Shown: in pieces, positions 39,495 to 49,756 of the stretch
How positions within the stretch are numbered: the first letter of the stretch is position 1
Layout: every line of letters starts with the position of its first letter
Assembly: GCA_050010515.1 (NCBI GenBank)
Contig: JBEKKX010000007.1
Coordinates: 1-64,000 of the forward strand
From: Candidatus Bathyarchaeia archaeon
GTDB lineage: Archaea > Thermoproteota > Bathyarchaeia > Bathyarchaeales > Bathycorpusculaceae
Length of the DNA stretch: 64,000 nucleotides
Direction of reading: 5' to 3'
Notes under the pieces: model-generated
The model's input: the letters and a program-made list of their open reading frames with translations, nothing else
Databases searched by the model: none
Told to the model about the DNA's origin: nothing
Program-made: the position numbers and the translations under genes

Positions 39495-39618
39495 CCAGAT
39501 TGGCGCTGGGTTTGTGCGATTTGCCGCGTTGCCAACTGTAAGAGTTAAATTGAACGTTGCGTTATGAATAGCCTGTTCTGTGGGGTTTATTAGATTTTAT
39601 TAAAGGAGTATGAAGTAG

Positions 39619-40008
39619 TTGAGTAATGAAGCAGCAGACGTTTCCCGTATAAAAGTTAAGTTTGTCATAGAAGGCTTAGGTGAAGCTGAAGGTGAATTAG
39701 TCAGGTTTTTAGCGCCAAGAACCATTGACACGATCGTTCGGAAGCTTCCAGTTGAAGGCAGAGCTGCATTATGGAAAGAAGAAGTTTATTTTGAAATACC
39801 AATTAAAATGGGTGAAGAAAAAGCTAAGCCCACTGTGGAAACTGGCACTATCGCTTTTTGGCCTATGGGCAGCGCTTTGTGCGTATTTTATGGCAAGTCA
39901 CAGCCCTATAGTTCCGTGAGCATACTTGGCAAAATAACAAGTAATTTGGATGTTTTTAAGCAAGTTAAAAGTGGAATAACGATAAAGGTTGAATTGTTAA
40001 CGGCTTAA
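39619..40008 (+). CDS. cyclophilin-like fold protein (DUF369-like)
   Basis: WKEEVYF and GTIAFWPMGSALCVFYG. Confidence 0.8.
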   Translation: MSNEAADVSRIKVKFVIEGLGEAEGELVRFLAPRTIDTIVRKLPVEGRAALWKEEVYFEIPIKMGEEKAKPTVETGTIAFWPMGSALCVFYGKSQPYSSVSILGKITSNLDVFKQVKSGITIKVELLTA

Positions 40009-40487
40009 AAGGCTAATGAACTCTCTTTCCACAGTTGAAGCAGCCGTTCGCATTCTTCTTTTACTTTTTTGTCGCCGCTTTTATCCTTTAAAACCTGCAG
40101 GAACTCAACACGTTTAGCAACTGAGCGTTTTTCCGCGTTGCCGCCATAGTATAGTTCACCTTCCAAGTACTCTTTCATGTGATAGGCTTTTTGGATGAAT
40201 AGGCTAGCGGCGTCAACGGGGTTTTCTACAGCGAACTTGTTTGCCCAGATGGCTACTTCTGTTTCGCGCAATTGAGTTATGCCGTCGATTTCCATTATTT
40301 TCCTAATGTAAGCTCTTAAAAACTCGAAGTAACCTGCCGTTTTGATTAGTTCAAGGGCTTGGTTGATTTTTTCTTTAAAGTCTGGTGAGCCTTCAATTGT
40401 TAGGTTGTGTTTGTAGCCTGTATCGATTAGCTCTTTAGCGGTTTTTACTTCTTCAACTGTGTAAACTCTTTCTGGAAATTCTGCCAT
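40005..40487 (-). CDS. hypothetical protein
   Basis: Probable start at MAEFPERV (40487); the longer track ORF overlaps rps25e. Confidence 0.7.
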   Translation of the reverse strand: MAEFPERVYTVEEVKTAKELIDTGYKHNLTIEGSPDFKEKINQALELIKTAGYFEFLRAYIRKIMEIDGITQLRETEVAIWANKFAVENPVDAASLFIQKAYHMKEYLEGELYYGGNAEKRSVAKRVEFLQVLKDKSGDKKVKEECERLLQLWKESSLAF

Positions 40488-40545
40488 ATGAAAACTAACT
40501 CCGAATCTAGATAAGATTAGAATAAATAATTGGTCGTTAGCAAGT

Positions 40546-40872
40546 TTAGCTTGCTGCAGGCTTGTAGATTTTGAGGTTATGGCTTCCGGAGACGAGTTGA
40601 ACTGCACCGTTTGCTTCAAGTTGTTCTAAGAAGTCTTTGGCTGTGCTAATTCGAATGTTATATCTTGTAGCTACAGCGTATGGCGTTAGAACGTTCATTT
40701 TCTTTATTTCGCCGACGATTTTTTCGTTTTTTGCGTCTGGAGCCATTATTCCTGTAGCTCTTCTTTCTTTTGGCGGTCCAGCTTTCTCTTTCTTCTTAGC
40801 TTCTTTCGTCTCGTCTTCTTTGACCTGCTGCTTCTCCATCTGCTTTATGCCGACCTTCTTTTTTCCACCCAT
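40546..40872 (-). CDS. rps25e: 30S ribosomal protein S25e
   Basis: MGGKKK, LTPYAVATRYNIRISTAK..L..L, IY. Confidence 0.9.
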   Translation of the reverse strand: MGGKKKVGIKQMEKQQVKEDETKEAKKKEKAGPPKERRATGIMAPDAKNEKIVGEIKKMNVLTPYAVATRYNIRISTAKDFLEQLEANGAVQLVSGSHNLKIYKPAAS

Positions 40873-40906
40873 AATTTTCACTTTACTTTTTTTTGGTTCT
40901 CAACAT

Positions 40907-42397
40907 CTAGAATGGCTGACTTATTTCAACGTTATGTTTTTCTTTCCACTCTTTGATTGGAATGCCAAGTTTCTTTTCAACTTCAGTCCTGTGAATGGAG
41001 TTCATGGTACAGAATGGAATTATACGCCCATCTGGCACGGCATAGTGAATTAGGCAGCGTTGTACTCTTTCAAGGTCAAAATTATATGGGTCCATGAAAT
41101 GCATGGATGAAAGCAGAATTGCCTTTCTTTGCAGGTCGCCGAGGGATTTGTAATCGCCATTTGTTATTACGCCTAAAACGTACTTTCTTAAGAAACCGAA
41201 TTTTACATGACGCATTGAAGTAACCAAGTACAGTTTAGCCTTGTTCTTGCTTCCCTTTGACGCGGTTACGTAGACTTTGTTCATTACCCCGATGAATTTG
41301 TCGATGTTTCCGTAGCGCGTGATTGGAACGATTTTTCCCTTTTCAATTAAAAGGTAAGTTGCCATACCGCAGTGCGGATGCGCAGTGAACTCTAAATATC
41401 GCCTGTCTTTTAGTGCGCCAACGGCTTTTGAAACTGGCACAACCGTGGGCACGGGGTAAAAGTCTGAAACTTTTATTACTCCGTTTGTTTGCTCTTCAAC
41501 TTTTTTCATGAAGTCCGGGATTGTAATACGCATTTTTTCGCGATCTTTCTGTGGCAATCGCCCGCAGAGGCTGACTGGTTGAACGTTTACGCATCTTACC
41601 ACGTCGAAGTTTTTGGCAGCAAAATTGATTATGTCGCCAAGTTGGTGATCATTAACCCCTTTCACCAATGTGACGACTAATACTATGCTGTCTATTCCTG
41701 CTTGGCGAAGGTTTTCGATTGCCTTCATTTTTATGTCAAGAAGATCTACTCCACGAATGAACTTGTAAACGTCAGGTGTTAACCCGTCGAACTGCAGGTA
41801 AATGGTGCTTACTCCCGCCTCTTTGAGGTCTCGACAGTAATCTACGCTTTGCGAAAGTCGAAGACCGTTCGTATTAATCTCCACGTGGCTGAAGCCGAGC
41901 TCTTTTGCTTTTCGAACAAAGTCGAAGAGGTCTTTGCGTATCGTGGGTTCTCCACCAGAGAACTGAAGCGCCGTGGCTGGCACTGGCTTGTTGGCTCGAA
42001 GGTTCTCTAGCATTCCAGTGATTTGCTCTTCAGTAGGTTCATAAACGTATCCTGCCGCTGAGGCGTTCGCGAAGCAAATAGGGCAGGTAAGGTTGCACCT
42101 GTTTGTGACATCGATTATTGCGAGGGCGGTGTGAGATTTGTGTTCGGGGCAAATGCCGCAGTCGTATGGGCACCCGTTCTTTTTCTCGGTTCGAGGGTTG
42201 CTTACTCCTTCGCCGTCATAGCGGAATTTTTCTGCCCGCATGTATTGATCATAATCCGACCAGTAAAGTTCTTGAAAAGCCCCATGCTCAGCGCACTCTT
42301 TTTTGATAAAGACTTTGCCCTCGTCTTCAAAAATGGTTGCATCTATAACCTTTAGGCATTCAGGGCAAATGCTTCTTGTGGTTTTGATATCTTTCAA
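40907..42397 (-). CDS. tes: radical SAM tetraether lipid synthase (MJ0619 family)
   Basis: N-terminal CPEC...C.EHG, CPYDCGIC.EH, CNLTCPICFA, HPHCG, RC.IHY...IPFC. Confidence 0.88.
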   Translation of the reverse strand: MKDIKTTRSICPECLKVIDATIFEDEGKVFIKKECAEHGAFQELYWSDYDQYMRAEKFRYDGEGVSNPRTEKKNGCPYDCGICPEHKSHTALAIIDVTNRCNLTCPICFANASAAGYVYEPTEEQITGMLENLRANKPVPATALQFSGGEPTIRKDLFDFVRKAKELGFSHVEINTNGLRLSQSVDYCRDLKEAGVSTIYLQFDGLTPDVYKFIRGVDLLDIKMKAIENLRQAGIDSIVLVVTLVKGVNDHQLGDIINFAAKNFDVVRCVNVQPVSLCGRLPQKDREKMRITIPDFMKKVEEQTNGVIKVSDFYPVPTVVPVSKAVGALKDRRYLEFTAHPHCGMATYLLIEKGKIVPITRYGNIDKFIGVMNKVYVTASKGSKNKAKLYLVTSMRHVKFGFLRKYVLGVITNGDYKSLGDLQRKAILLSSMHFMDPYNFDLERVQRCLIHYAVPDGRIIPFCTMNSIHRTEVEKKLGIPIKEWKEKHNVEISQPF

Positions 42398-42482
42398 TTT
42401 TTTTGCCTTCTTGCATCTAAACGTTTTTCGAAGTGCTTAAGAGCATAAGTGTTGATAATAAGGTTTCCAAACGTTTCCTAAG

Positions 42483-43253
42483 GTGATTGAGGGGGAAAAG
42501 ATGTCAATTAACGAGAACACTCGGGCTACTTTGCGAGAAATGGGCCTAAACGCCTACGAAATTGATGCTTACATAGTTTTGCTGGAAGGGGGGCAAATGA
42601 CAGCGATGGAGATAAGCCAAGAAGCCAAAGTGCCCTACAGCAAAATGTATGAAGTACTCAACTCGCTTAAAGAAAAGGGCTGGATTAAAAGCAGCGAAAG
42701 CCGACCATTCAAGTACTATCCAGTACCGCCACTCGAAGCAACAAGGTTCACGAAGTTGCGGCTGGAAGACAAATACTTGAACTGGGAAAACACCGTTGCT
42801 CAAGAACTACAGCCCCTATATGAAAAACGAGAACTCGTTGAGCGACCAGACATGCTGATACTGCGCGGGCAACAAGCAGTTTTAACTAAGGTTGAAGTGG
42901 TTCTAAAGAACGCTACAAAAGAAATCGTGATTGCAGCACCAGAATTCGCAAAACCAATAATCGCCATGGTTGAACCGTTGCTGGGGAGCGGTTTGAAGAA
43001 AACGGTCAGGGTTAAGCTTATGGCGGCGGGAAAAAAGGAAGATTGGCTTTTCATAAAAAAATACCCTGGCTTAAGTGAGCTGCGAATCAGAGATCATATG
43101 TTCGGCGGCGGCATAATTGCTGACGGCAAAGAAGCCATGCTTTTCCTAGGGGAAGACAAACCAAGCCTCGTTATATGGAGCAATCACGTAGGCTTGATAG
43201 GTTTCGCGCGAGAATACTTCCAGTTCCTCTGGGACTCCTCAGCAACCGCTTAA
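42483..43253 (+). CDS. TrmB-family transcriptional regulator
   Basis: GLNAYE..AY and VPYSKMYEVLNSLKEKGW. Confidence 0.9.
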   Translation: MIEGEKMSINENTRATLREMGLNAYEIDAYIVLLEGGQMTAMEISQEAKVPYSKMYEVLNSLKEKGWIKSSESRPFKYYPVPPLEATRFTKLRLEDKYLNWENTVAQELQPLYEKRELVERPDMLILRGQQAVLTKVEVVLKNATKEIVIAAPEFAKPIIAMVEPLLGSGLKKTVRVKLMAAGKKEDWLFIKKYPGLSELRIRDHMFGGGIIADGKEAMLFLGEDKPSLVIWSNHVGLIGFAREYFQFLWDSSATA

Positions 43254-43398
43254 AAAAAGCCTTTCACTCTTAACAAAAACTAAACTGCCTGCCATAATAA
43301 AGCGCTTTATTCAAGGAGGCTAAAGTTCCTTCCGAGCACTGGAGCGCAAACAACTTTAACAAAAAAGAAGAAAAGGGAGAGAACTTGTTATTAGATTA

Positions 43399-43620
43399 CT
43401 ATTTTCCCATGACTTTTCTAGCGGCGATCTCTATATCTTCTGCTTTGATGGTTTTTCTTCCAGCATGCATAGCATAATCCAGTGCTTCTTTAGCAATCTT
43501 TACGCCGATTTCTTCAAGTGCCTTTGCAAGTTCCTTTGCTGCTGCTTCGCTCACCCTGTCAGCACCGGCTTTCTTACATAACCTGTGCATGGGAGCTACG
43601 GCTATTTCTAATTCAGTCAT
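43399..43620 (-). CDS. archaeal histone (HMf-like)
   Basis: [16 protein letters not shown]...[11 protein letters not shown]. Confidence 0.95.
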   Translation of the reverse strand: MTELEIAVAPMHRLCKKAGADRVSEAAAKELAKALEEIGVKIAKEALDYAMHAGRKTIKAEDIEIAARKVMGK

Positions 43621-43744
43621 AACGACTACTCCTAGCCTCTTTTTCTTTTTAAAGAAATATTTAACCTTTGTTATCGCTTTTTCCTCTAAATATTGGCTTA
43701 CATGGAACTTGATTTAAACAAAGAAAATTATAAAACGTCCAATC

Positions 43745-44539
43745 GTGATAATAGCGCTGAGAAAAATGAAGCTAATAGACGCCCACATCCACCTCTCCGA
43801 CGCAGATTACAACGGTCACATTGATGAATTGATAGCGGATGCAAAAAACGCAGGCGTAACAGCACTTGTAACAAATTCAATTGATTTAAAAACCTGTCAA
43901 AGCGACCTTAAGCTAGCAGAAAAATACCCAGACTTAGTTTATCCCGCTTTAGGGATTCACCCATGGAACGTAAACGTTCTTAAAGAAAATGAACTTGAAG
44001 AAACTATAGATTTAATTCAAAAACAAAAAAACGCAGTTAAAGCCATAGGTGAAATCGGCTTAGACTGCAAGTATGAAACCATTTGGGAAAAACAAACGAT
44101 GGTTTTCGACGAAATGCTTCATCTTGCCGAATCGCTTGACCTTCCAGTAATTATACATTCACGCGGAACAACCGACAAAGTAGTAGACATGCTTCCCTCA
44201 TACCATCTTAAGCGGGTGCTGCTGCATTGGTTTAGCTACCCGATGAGCGCACTTTATAGAGCTATGGACAATGGATACTTTATCACTGAAGGTCCGCCAG
44301 CAACCTATTCTAACGGCATCCGCGAAGTCATAGAGAAAGTGCCACTAACAAACCTTTTAACAGAAACGGATGGTCCAGTGACATATTGGAAAAGCCCTTA
44401 CAATGGACAATTAACCAAGCCTTCATTCATACGTAACGTAGTTGAAGCAGTAGCTGAAATCAAGAAAATGCAAGTTGATAACGTTGCCGAGCAAATAGCA
44501 AAAAACTTTGAAGTTTTCTTCAACATAAAACTAACTTAA
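43745..44539 (+). CDS. tatD: TatD-family hydrolase
   Basis: DAHIH, GIHPW, GEIGLD, IHSR, ETDGP. Confidence 0.92.
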   Translation: MIIALRKMKLIDAHIHLSDADYNGHIDELIADAKNAGVTALVTNSIDLKTCQSDLKLAEKYPDLVYPALGIHPWNVNVLKENELEETIDLIQKQKNAVKAIGEIGLDCKYETIWEKQTMVFDEMLHLAESLDLPVIIHSRGTTDKVVDMLPSYHLKRVLLHWFSYPMSALYRAMDNGYFITEGPPATYSNGIREVIEKVPLTNLLTETDGPVTYWKSPYNGQLTKPSFIRNVVEAVAEIKKMQVDNVAEQIAKNFEVFFNIKLT

Positions 44540-44700
44540 CTCTTTACTTTACCCTCAACAGTTTACCTCACGATTTATCGGTCAGTTAAAAGGCTTAATT
44601 AATAAGCGTAAACTTAAATTAAACTTATCATCTATTGAGAATTGTTCCTACGTTTTCAAGCGTCGGACACTAAAACATTGATGACTCGAGGAATTGAAAT

Positions 44701-44934
44701 TTGGGAAAAGTTAAGACTGACCAGGTTAAACGAGCCGGCAAAACACTAATGGAACGTTTTCCAGAAAAATTTACCAACAAATTTGACGAGAACAAGCGTT
44801 TAGTTGACTCTTTAACGCAGGGAACAACCACGCGAGTGAGAAATCAGATTGCTGGATACATAACCCGCACCTTATCATCAGCTCAAGCTAACTCTTCAAC
44901 TGATTCTGCCGTTGAAGAAGAAGAACCAGAATAA
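44701..44934 (+). CDS. rps17e: 30S ribosomal protein S17e
   Basis: MGKVK, FDENK, RNQIAGYIT. Confidence 0.95.
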   Translation: MGKVKTDQVKRAGKTLMERFPEKFTNKFDENKRLVDSLTQGTTTRVRNQIAGYITRTLSSAQANSSTDSAVEEEEPE

Positions 44935-44960
44935 ACAGTCAATTTAGGATAAGAAACCTC

Positions 44961-45338
44961 ATGATGGATGAATATAGGAAAGGATGGGCACTAAGGTACC
45001 TTCGTGAAGCAAAAGCCGAATTGGAAGCTGCGCGAAAAATACCTTACATGGCACCAGGCTTGGTTTTGGAAGCAATCAGAAAAGCACGAAACGCCATATA
45101 CTACAGTTTTGGGGAACCCGCCTTCATAGAAATACTCCTCCGAGAAGAGGTAATGAAAAACCCGCTTACGAATGATTCAATTCTGCGTTTTCTAATTGAA
45201 CTCGAAAGCGTCATACAACAAATATCACAATTAGAAGAAGTAAACAGTGACGCAATGATGAAACAGGCCGATTCAATCGTTGAAATAGCAACCGACATCG
45301 TAGAAACATTAACAGAAGAAAGATTCCAAAACTTTTAA
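44961..45338 (+). CDS. HEPN-like helical protein
   Basis: W..RYLREAKAELEAA N-terminal pattern. Confidence 0.5.
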   Translation: MMDEYRKGWALRYLREAKAELEAARKIPYMAPGLVLEAIRKARNAIYYSFGEPAFIEILLREEVMKNPLTNDSILRFLIELESVIQQISQLEEVNSDAMMKQADSIVEIATDIVETLTEERFQNF

Positions 45339-45392
45339 GCTTAAACTAAAAAGCGCACAAAAAATTTTTAACCAAAAATAATTTATAAACAT

Positions 45393-45692
45393 ATGAACGG
45401 AAGAAAACAAATGCCCTTAACGTTAAAGTTCATCGGTGCACTTCGGCAAATTTCAGGAAAAACACAATTAACTGTTAACTTCCAAGAAGGAATGTCACTA
45501 AAAGACTTAATAACAAAAATCAGCCGAGAAATGCCACAGCTAGATAAAACCTTCAGCGACCAACTCAATGATTCGAGATCAAACGCACTGGTGCTCATTA
45601 ATGGCAGGGAAATCAGTGTTCTAAACGGTTTAGAAACCAAATTAAATGAAGGAGACGAAATCGTCTTTATCCCAGTCGTTCATGGCGGTTAA
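45393..45692 (+). CDS. MoaD/ThiS/SAMP ubiquitin-like protein
   Basis: LVLING, EGDEIVFIP and a C-terminal GG. Confidence 0.92.
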   Translation: MNGRKQMPLTLKFIGALRQISGKTQLTVNFQEGMSLKDLITKISREMPQLDKTFSDQLNDSRSNALVLINGREISVLNGLETKLNEGDEIVFIPVVHGG

Positions 45693-45698
45693 CTCTAA

Positions 45699-46478
45699 AT
45701 GATAACTTTGACTAGCGACTTTGGGCTAAAAGACCCTTACGTTGCAGAAATGAAAGGAGTAATTTTAACCATAAACCCAAAAGCAATGCTAATCGACATA
45801 ACACACGAAGTTGAAAAATTTAACATTCGAATGGCTGCTTTCATGTTGGCGTCGGCTACACAATACTTTCCACAAGGCACCATTCACTTGGCAGTTGTAG
45901 ACCCAGGGGTTGGCGCACAAAGACGCGCCATATTAATACAGACTAAGAAGAGCTTTTTTGTTGGACCTGATAATGGCATTTTGATTTTAGCCGCCCAAAA
46001 TCAGGGTATTGAACATGTATACCAGCTTACAAATCACATGTTTATGCTTGATAAAATTTCCAGCACGTTCCATGGCAGAGACATTTTTGCGCCAGCAGCA
46101 GCTCACTTAGACAAAGGAATACAGCCAAGAGAATTTGGACCAGAAATAAAAGACCTAACCAAACCTGAATTCGTCTCTGTCAAACAAACAAGTAGCTCTC
46201 TAATCGGCGAAGTCATGCACATAGACGGCTTCGGCAACATAATAACTAACATAAACGAAAAATACATGGTCCAAAACCATGCTGAAAAAGTCAACGTAGA
46301 TTTACTTGACATTTCGCTAAAACTTACGCTCGGCAAAACCTACGCCGAAACAAAGCCTAAAGAACCTATTGCTCTAATTGGAAGCCATGGTTTCGTGGAG
46401 ATAGCCCTAAACCAAGGTAACGCAGCGGAAAAGTTTCATGCGAAAGCTGGAGATAAAATCGTAGTTACGGCTGCTTAA
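45699..46478 (+). CDS. SAM hydroxide adenosyltransferase (DUF62)
   Basis: TSDFG, VVDPGVG, GPDNG, TFHGRDIFAP. Confidence 0.93.
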   Translation: MITLTSDFGLKDPYVAEMKGVILTINPKAMLIDITHEVEKFNIRMAAFMLASATQYFPQGTIHLAVVDPGVGAQRRAILIQTKKSFFVGPDNGILILAAQNQGIEHVYQLTNHMFMLDKISSTFHGRDIFAPAAAHLDKGIQPREFGPEIKDLTKPEFVSVKQTSSSLIGEVMHIDGFGNIITNINEKYMVQNHAEKVNVDLLDISLKLTLGKTYAETKPKEPIALIGSHGFVEIALNQGNAAEKFHAKAGDKIVVTAA

Positions 46479-47448
46479 AACTGTCTACAACTTTTTCGAT
46501 TACATCAACAGGGTCCTCTAATTTTGCTAGCTCGCTTTGCACATCGAATCTTTTGCCAAGATACTTCTTCGCATACCCAAGCACTTCTTGCTCTGTTGTA
46601 GCAAAAAGTGGAAAGCCTTTCTTAGTCAGATACGCGTTAACGTAAGTTTTAGCCATATCAGAAATAGCTATGCTGGGAACACCTTGAAGGGCTGCTTCCC
46701 TCGCGATAGTTCCTCCATAACTGACAACCAAATCAGCATTCGCAACCAACCTTGCTGAATCCACAAAGCTTTCCTTAACTCCGAACGTTTTGCCTTGGCC
46801 GCTGTATCTTTGGATAAAATGTACATTCCCCAACTTGGAAAGTTTGTCTGCAAGGACCTGTGCAACATCTTGCTTTCCCCTTGCATAGGCTGCTTTTGTT
46901 TCGATTTGTCTAATAACTATCAAAGGCTTCTCTAACCCCTCAATTTTTGAAGGCTTAAAATCCTTGATCCAGGCAACTTCGTCTACTCCTTTGAACTGGG
47001 CAATATTTTTGGCGCAATGTTCCTTCACAAAACGCTTAGGCAAAGCCTCAGACACAACAACCGTGTGCGCAAAAGGTATCGTTAGCCTGTTGACCGCTGT
47101 AGCGTAAGGTGTATCGGCCGTCAAAATTATTGGGATTCCTAAACCAAAAGCGGTTCGGCAAAGCTCAACCGATTGATGCGCTATGGCAATGTCCGGAGGA
47201 TCATCCTTGAAGAGCTTAGAAAACTCTATTATTCGTTCAGCGCTCTCTTCCAGCCTTGAGAAAAGCGTTGACGGGTTGTATTTGCCCACGACGATAGGTT
47301 TTTCTCCAAGAATCTTCGCTAAAGGTAACGTGTCGGGGTGCTCACGGGTTGTAAAAACAAACTCGTGCCCTGATTTCCTAAGGCGCTGTGCAATAGCTGT
47401 GCCATACCTGACATGCTTGCCGGTGCAGGCGTCATACCATATTTTCAT
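46465..47448 (-). CDS. DUF354 glycosyltransferase-like protein
   Basis: MKIWYD...KHV and GGTIAREAALQGVP. Confidence 0.85.
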   Translation of the reverse strand: MKIWYDACTGKHVRYGTAIAQRLRKSGHEFVFTTREHPDTLPLAKILGEKPIVVGKYNPSTLFSRLEESAERIIEFSKLFKDDPPDIAIAHQSVELCRTAFGLGIPIILTADTPYATAVNRLTIPFAHTVVVSEALPKRFVKEHCAKNIAQFKGVDEVAWIKDFKPSKIEGLEKPLIVIRQIETKAAYARGKQDVAQVLADKLSKLGNVHFIQRYSGQGKTFGVKESFVDSARLVANADLVVSYGGTIAREAALQGVPSIAISDMAKTYVNAYLTKKGFPLFATTEQEVLGYAKKYLGKRFDVQSELAKLEDPVDVIEKVVDSFKQP

Positions 47449-47957
47449 TTGTTCACCTTGCGTTTTGCCGCTATGAAACCGTCGCGTTTTGCTTCATATT
47501 CTTCTAAAGTCATTACCACAGTAGCTGGAACGCCGGTTGCCACTGTTCTCGGAGGCACATTTTTGGTGACGACGCTTCCTCCGCCAATCACGGCTTTCTC
47601 TCCTATAGTCACGTCTGGTAGTACGGTGACGCCTCCGCCGATTACAGCGTTGTCTTTGATGATTGGTGGCGTCATGAAAGAGCTCTTTGGATACTTGTCA
47701 TTTAGAAGTGAACTGTTGGGAGCGATAAACACGTTGTTGCCCAGTACGCAGCCGTTCGAAATGGTTACGTGCGCTTGTATATTGCAGTTTTTGCCTAAAA
47801 CTACGTTTTTGCCTATATCACAAAAGCTTCCGATGATGGTTCCGTCGCCGATTTTTGTGTTATCGCCTATTACAACATAATTCCAAATGGCGACGTTTTT
47901 GCCTATTTCTACGTTGGCGCCTGTAACTATGCCCGTGCCCTTCTTTGGATTCAGCAT
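47445..47957 (-). CDS. hexapeptide-repeat acyltransferase (WbpD-like)
   Basis: IG-x-N hexapeptide repeats, NDKYP, GGSVVTKNV. Confidence 0.9.
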   Translation of the reverse strand: MLNPKKGTGIVTGANVEIGKNVAIWNYVVIGDNTKIGDGTIIGSFCDIGKNVVLGKNCNIQAHVTISNGCVLGNNVFIAPNSSLLNDKYPKSSFMTPPIIKDNAVIGGGVTVLPDVTIGEKAVIGGGSVVTKNVPPRTVATGVPATVVMTLEEYEAKRDGFIAAKRKVNK

Positions 47958-48014
47958 AAACTGTTCTTTCGGGCTCCAGATTTAAATAGTTTAACTTTAA
48001 TTTGACTTCCAACG

Positions 48015-48908
48015 ATGGAGGCAAGCGTGTTGACTAAAGAGACAGTTCTGATTATAGGTTTAGGCGAAATCGGACACACCCTTTTTGCGTTGTTTAATGA
48101 TGCGAAAAAGAGTTTTGATGTTTACGGCTTGGATTTGGATCAAACAAAAATGCAAGAGCTGGGTCAAAGCAGAAAAAATGTTCCAGACCGAATAGACACA
48201 ATGCACATTTGTCTTTCATGCAGTAATCAACAAAACTTTGCAGACATAACTGTTGGCTACGTTGAAGAGTTTAAGCCAAAACTCACAATCATTGACAGCA
48301 CTGTTCCTCCGGGAACAACAATGAAAGTTGCTCAAAGATGCAAGTGTCTTGTGGCGCATTCGCCATCGCGCGGCGTGCATAAAAGTGCTGTGTATATGAA
48401 GTGGGAAATGAGGCGTTGGACCAAATATGTGGGCGGCGCGAACCCGGAGGCCGCAAAAGCAGCACGTGCCCATTTTGAGAAAATAGGCCTAAAAGTAAAG
48501 GTTCTCAAAAGCTGTACTGAAACGGAGTTGGCTAAGCTTTTTGAGACTACATATCGCGCCTGGATGATTGCATGTTTTCAAGAGATGCATCGCATTTCCA
48601 AGGCTTTTGGCGCTGATTTTGACGAAACAGTTGATTTCATTGAGGATACCCATCGTTTGAGGTTTGATAGGCCTGTTATGTTTCCAGATGTGATTGGGGG
48701 TCACTGCTTGATACCGAACACTGAATTGCTGTTGAAGGCTTATGACTCAGAGTTTTTGCGGCTGATTTTGAAGTCGAATGAGAAACGAAAAAAAGAAGTT
48801 GAAGACAAAACGGTTAAAGCGGAAGTTCAGAAAGTTGCAGCGAGAGCTGAAGCTTTAGAGAAAGAACTTACAGGGCAAAAGAGCAGGTCTCAAAAAGAAT
48901 GCGCATAA
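48015..48908 (+). CDS. UDP-sugar/GDP-mannose dehydrogenase family, short form
   Basis: IGLGEIG, STVPPGT, ELAKL.E, GGHCL. Confidence 0.85.
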   Translation: MEASVLTKETVLIIGLGEIGHTLFALFNDAKKSFDVYGLDLDQTKMQELGQSRKNVPDRIDTMHICLSCSNQQNFADITVGYVEEFKPKLTIIDSTVPPGTTMKVAQRCKCLVAHSPSRGVHKSAVYMKWEMRRWTKYVGGANPEAAKAARAHFEKIGLKVKVLKSCTETELAKLFETTYRAWMIACFQEMHRISKAFGADFDETVDFIEDTHRLRFDRPVMFPDVIGGHCLIPNTELLLKAYDSEFLRLILKSNEKRKKEVEDKTVKAEVQKVAARAEALEKELTGQKSRSQKECA

Positions 48909-48949
48909 CCTATTCCGATAGTATTTTTTACTTGGAAAGCCGCTTTAAT

Positions 48950-49678
48950 CTATAGTTTCTCTGCCACTAACTCTTTTGCCCAACCAGCTATAAACTCAAC
49001 ATTAAGCTTAGACAAATACCAAAATGTCTTAACGCTAAGATTAATTAATGCTGCAAACGGCGTAAAAATGAACCTAGCAACCATTCGTCTAACAAGCTGA
49101 AAAACAGTAAAGTGACCATACCGCCTATACGCTATACCAATTGTAACATAGTTCTTGGATGAGCCAAGGTGGGTTGCGCCGAGAAATGGGAGAACTCTCC
49201 AGCGGTATCCTGCTTTTTCCACGTATCTTTTCAAATACTGGTCTTCACCAAAGAATAATGCTGGCGGATTGTAACTCTCCATTAATTTACGGCGTATAAT
49301 TATGTTGTTGATGTGTGGGGAAGTGTCTATCTTGTTTAGTTTAACCACAGTTCCAACCATGCGGTCATAGGCGGCAACATGCTTGTTCTTATGAACTGCC
49401 ACTGTTCCTATAGCGCCGACGTTGGGCGCAATCTTTGCGGTAACTTGTTGCAACCAATTTTTCGGCAAAAGCATGTCATCATCGACCATTGCGACCCATT
49501 CAGTTTTAGCTTTCAAAACAGCTCTTTTTCGTGCAGTGCTTAGTGGTCGTTCTCTTGTGATTATTATTTGCCCAGCGCATGGCATATGCTCTAGAATGTG
49601 AAGCAAGCTGTCGTTTGGTTTGTCCCTTGTAGGGATAACAAAATCGACTTTTATGTTCGCTTCTGAGCATAATGGCAT
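48950..49678 (-). CDS. glycosyltransferase family 2
   Basis: VIPT, MVDDD, GED. Confidence 0.85.
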   Translation of the reverse strand: MPLCSEANIKVDFVIPTRDKPNDSLLHILEHMPCAGQIIITRERPLSTARKRAVLKAKTEWVAMVDDDMLLPKNWLQQVTAKIAPNVGAIGTVAVHKNKHVAAYDRMVGTVVKLNKIDTSPHINNIIIRRKLMESYNPPALFFGEDQYLKRYVEKAGYRWRVLPFLGATHLGSSKNYVTIGIAYRRYGHFTVFQLVRRMVARFIFTPFAALINLSVKTFWYLSKLNVEFIAGWAKELVAEKL

Positions 49679-49756
49679 AGTGCATAATGGTTTTTTCGGC
49701 AGATAAATAGTTTATCAATTTGGGGACCTGCGTAATATAAAGCTAAAGAATTTATT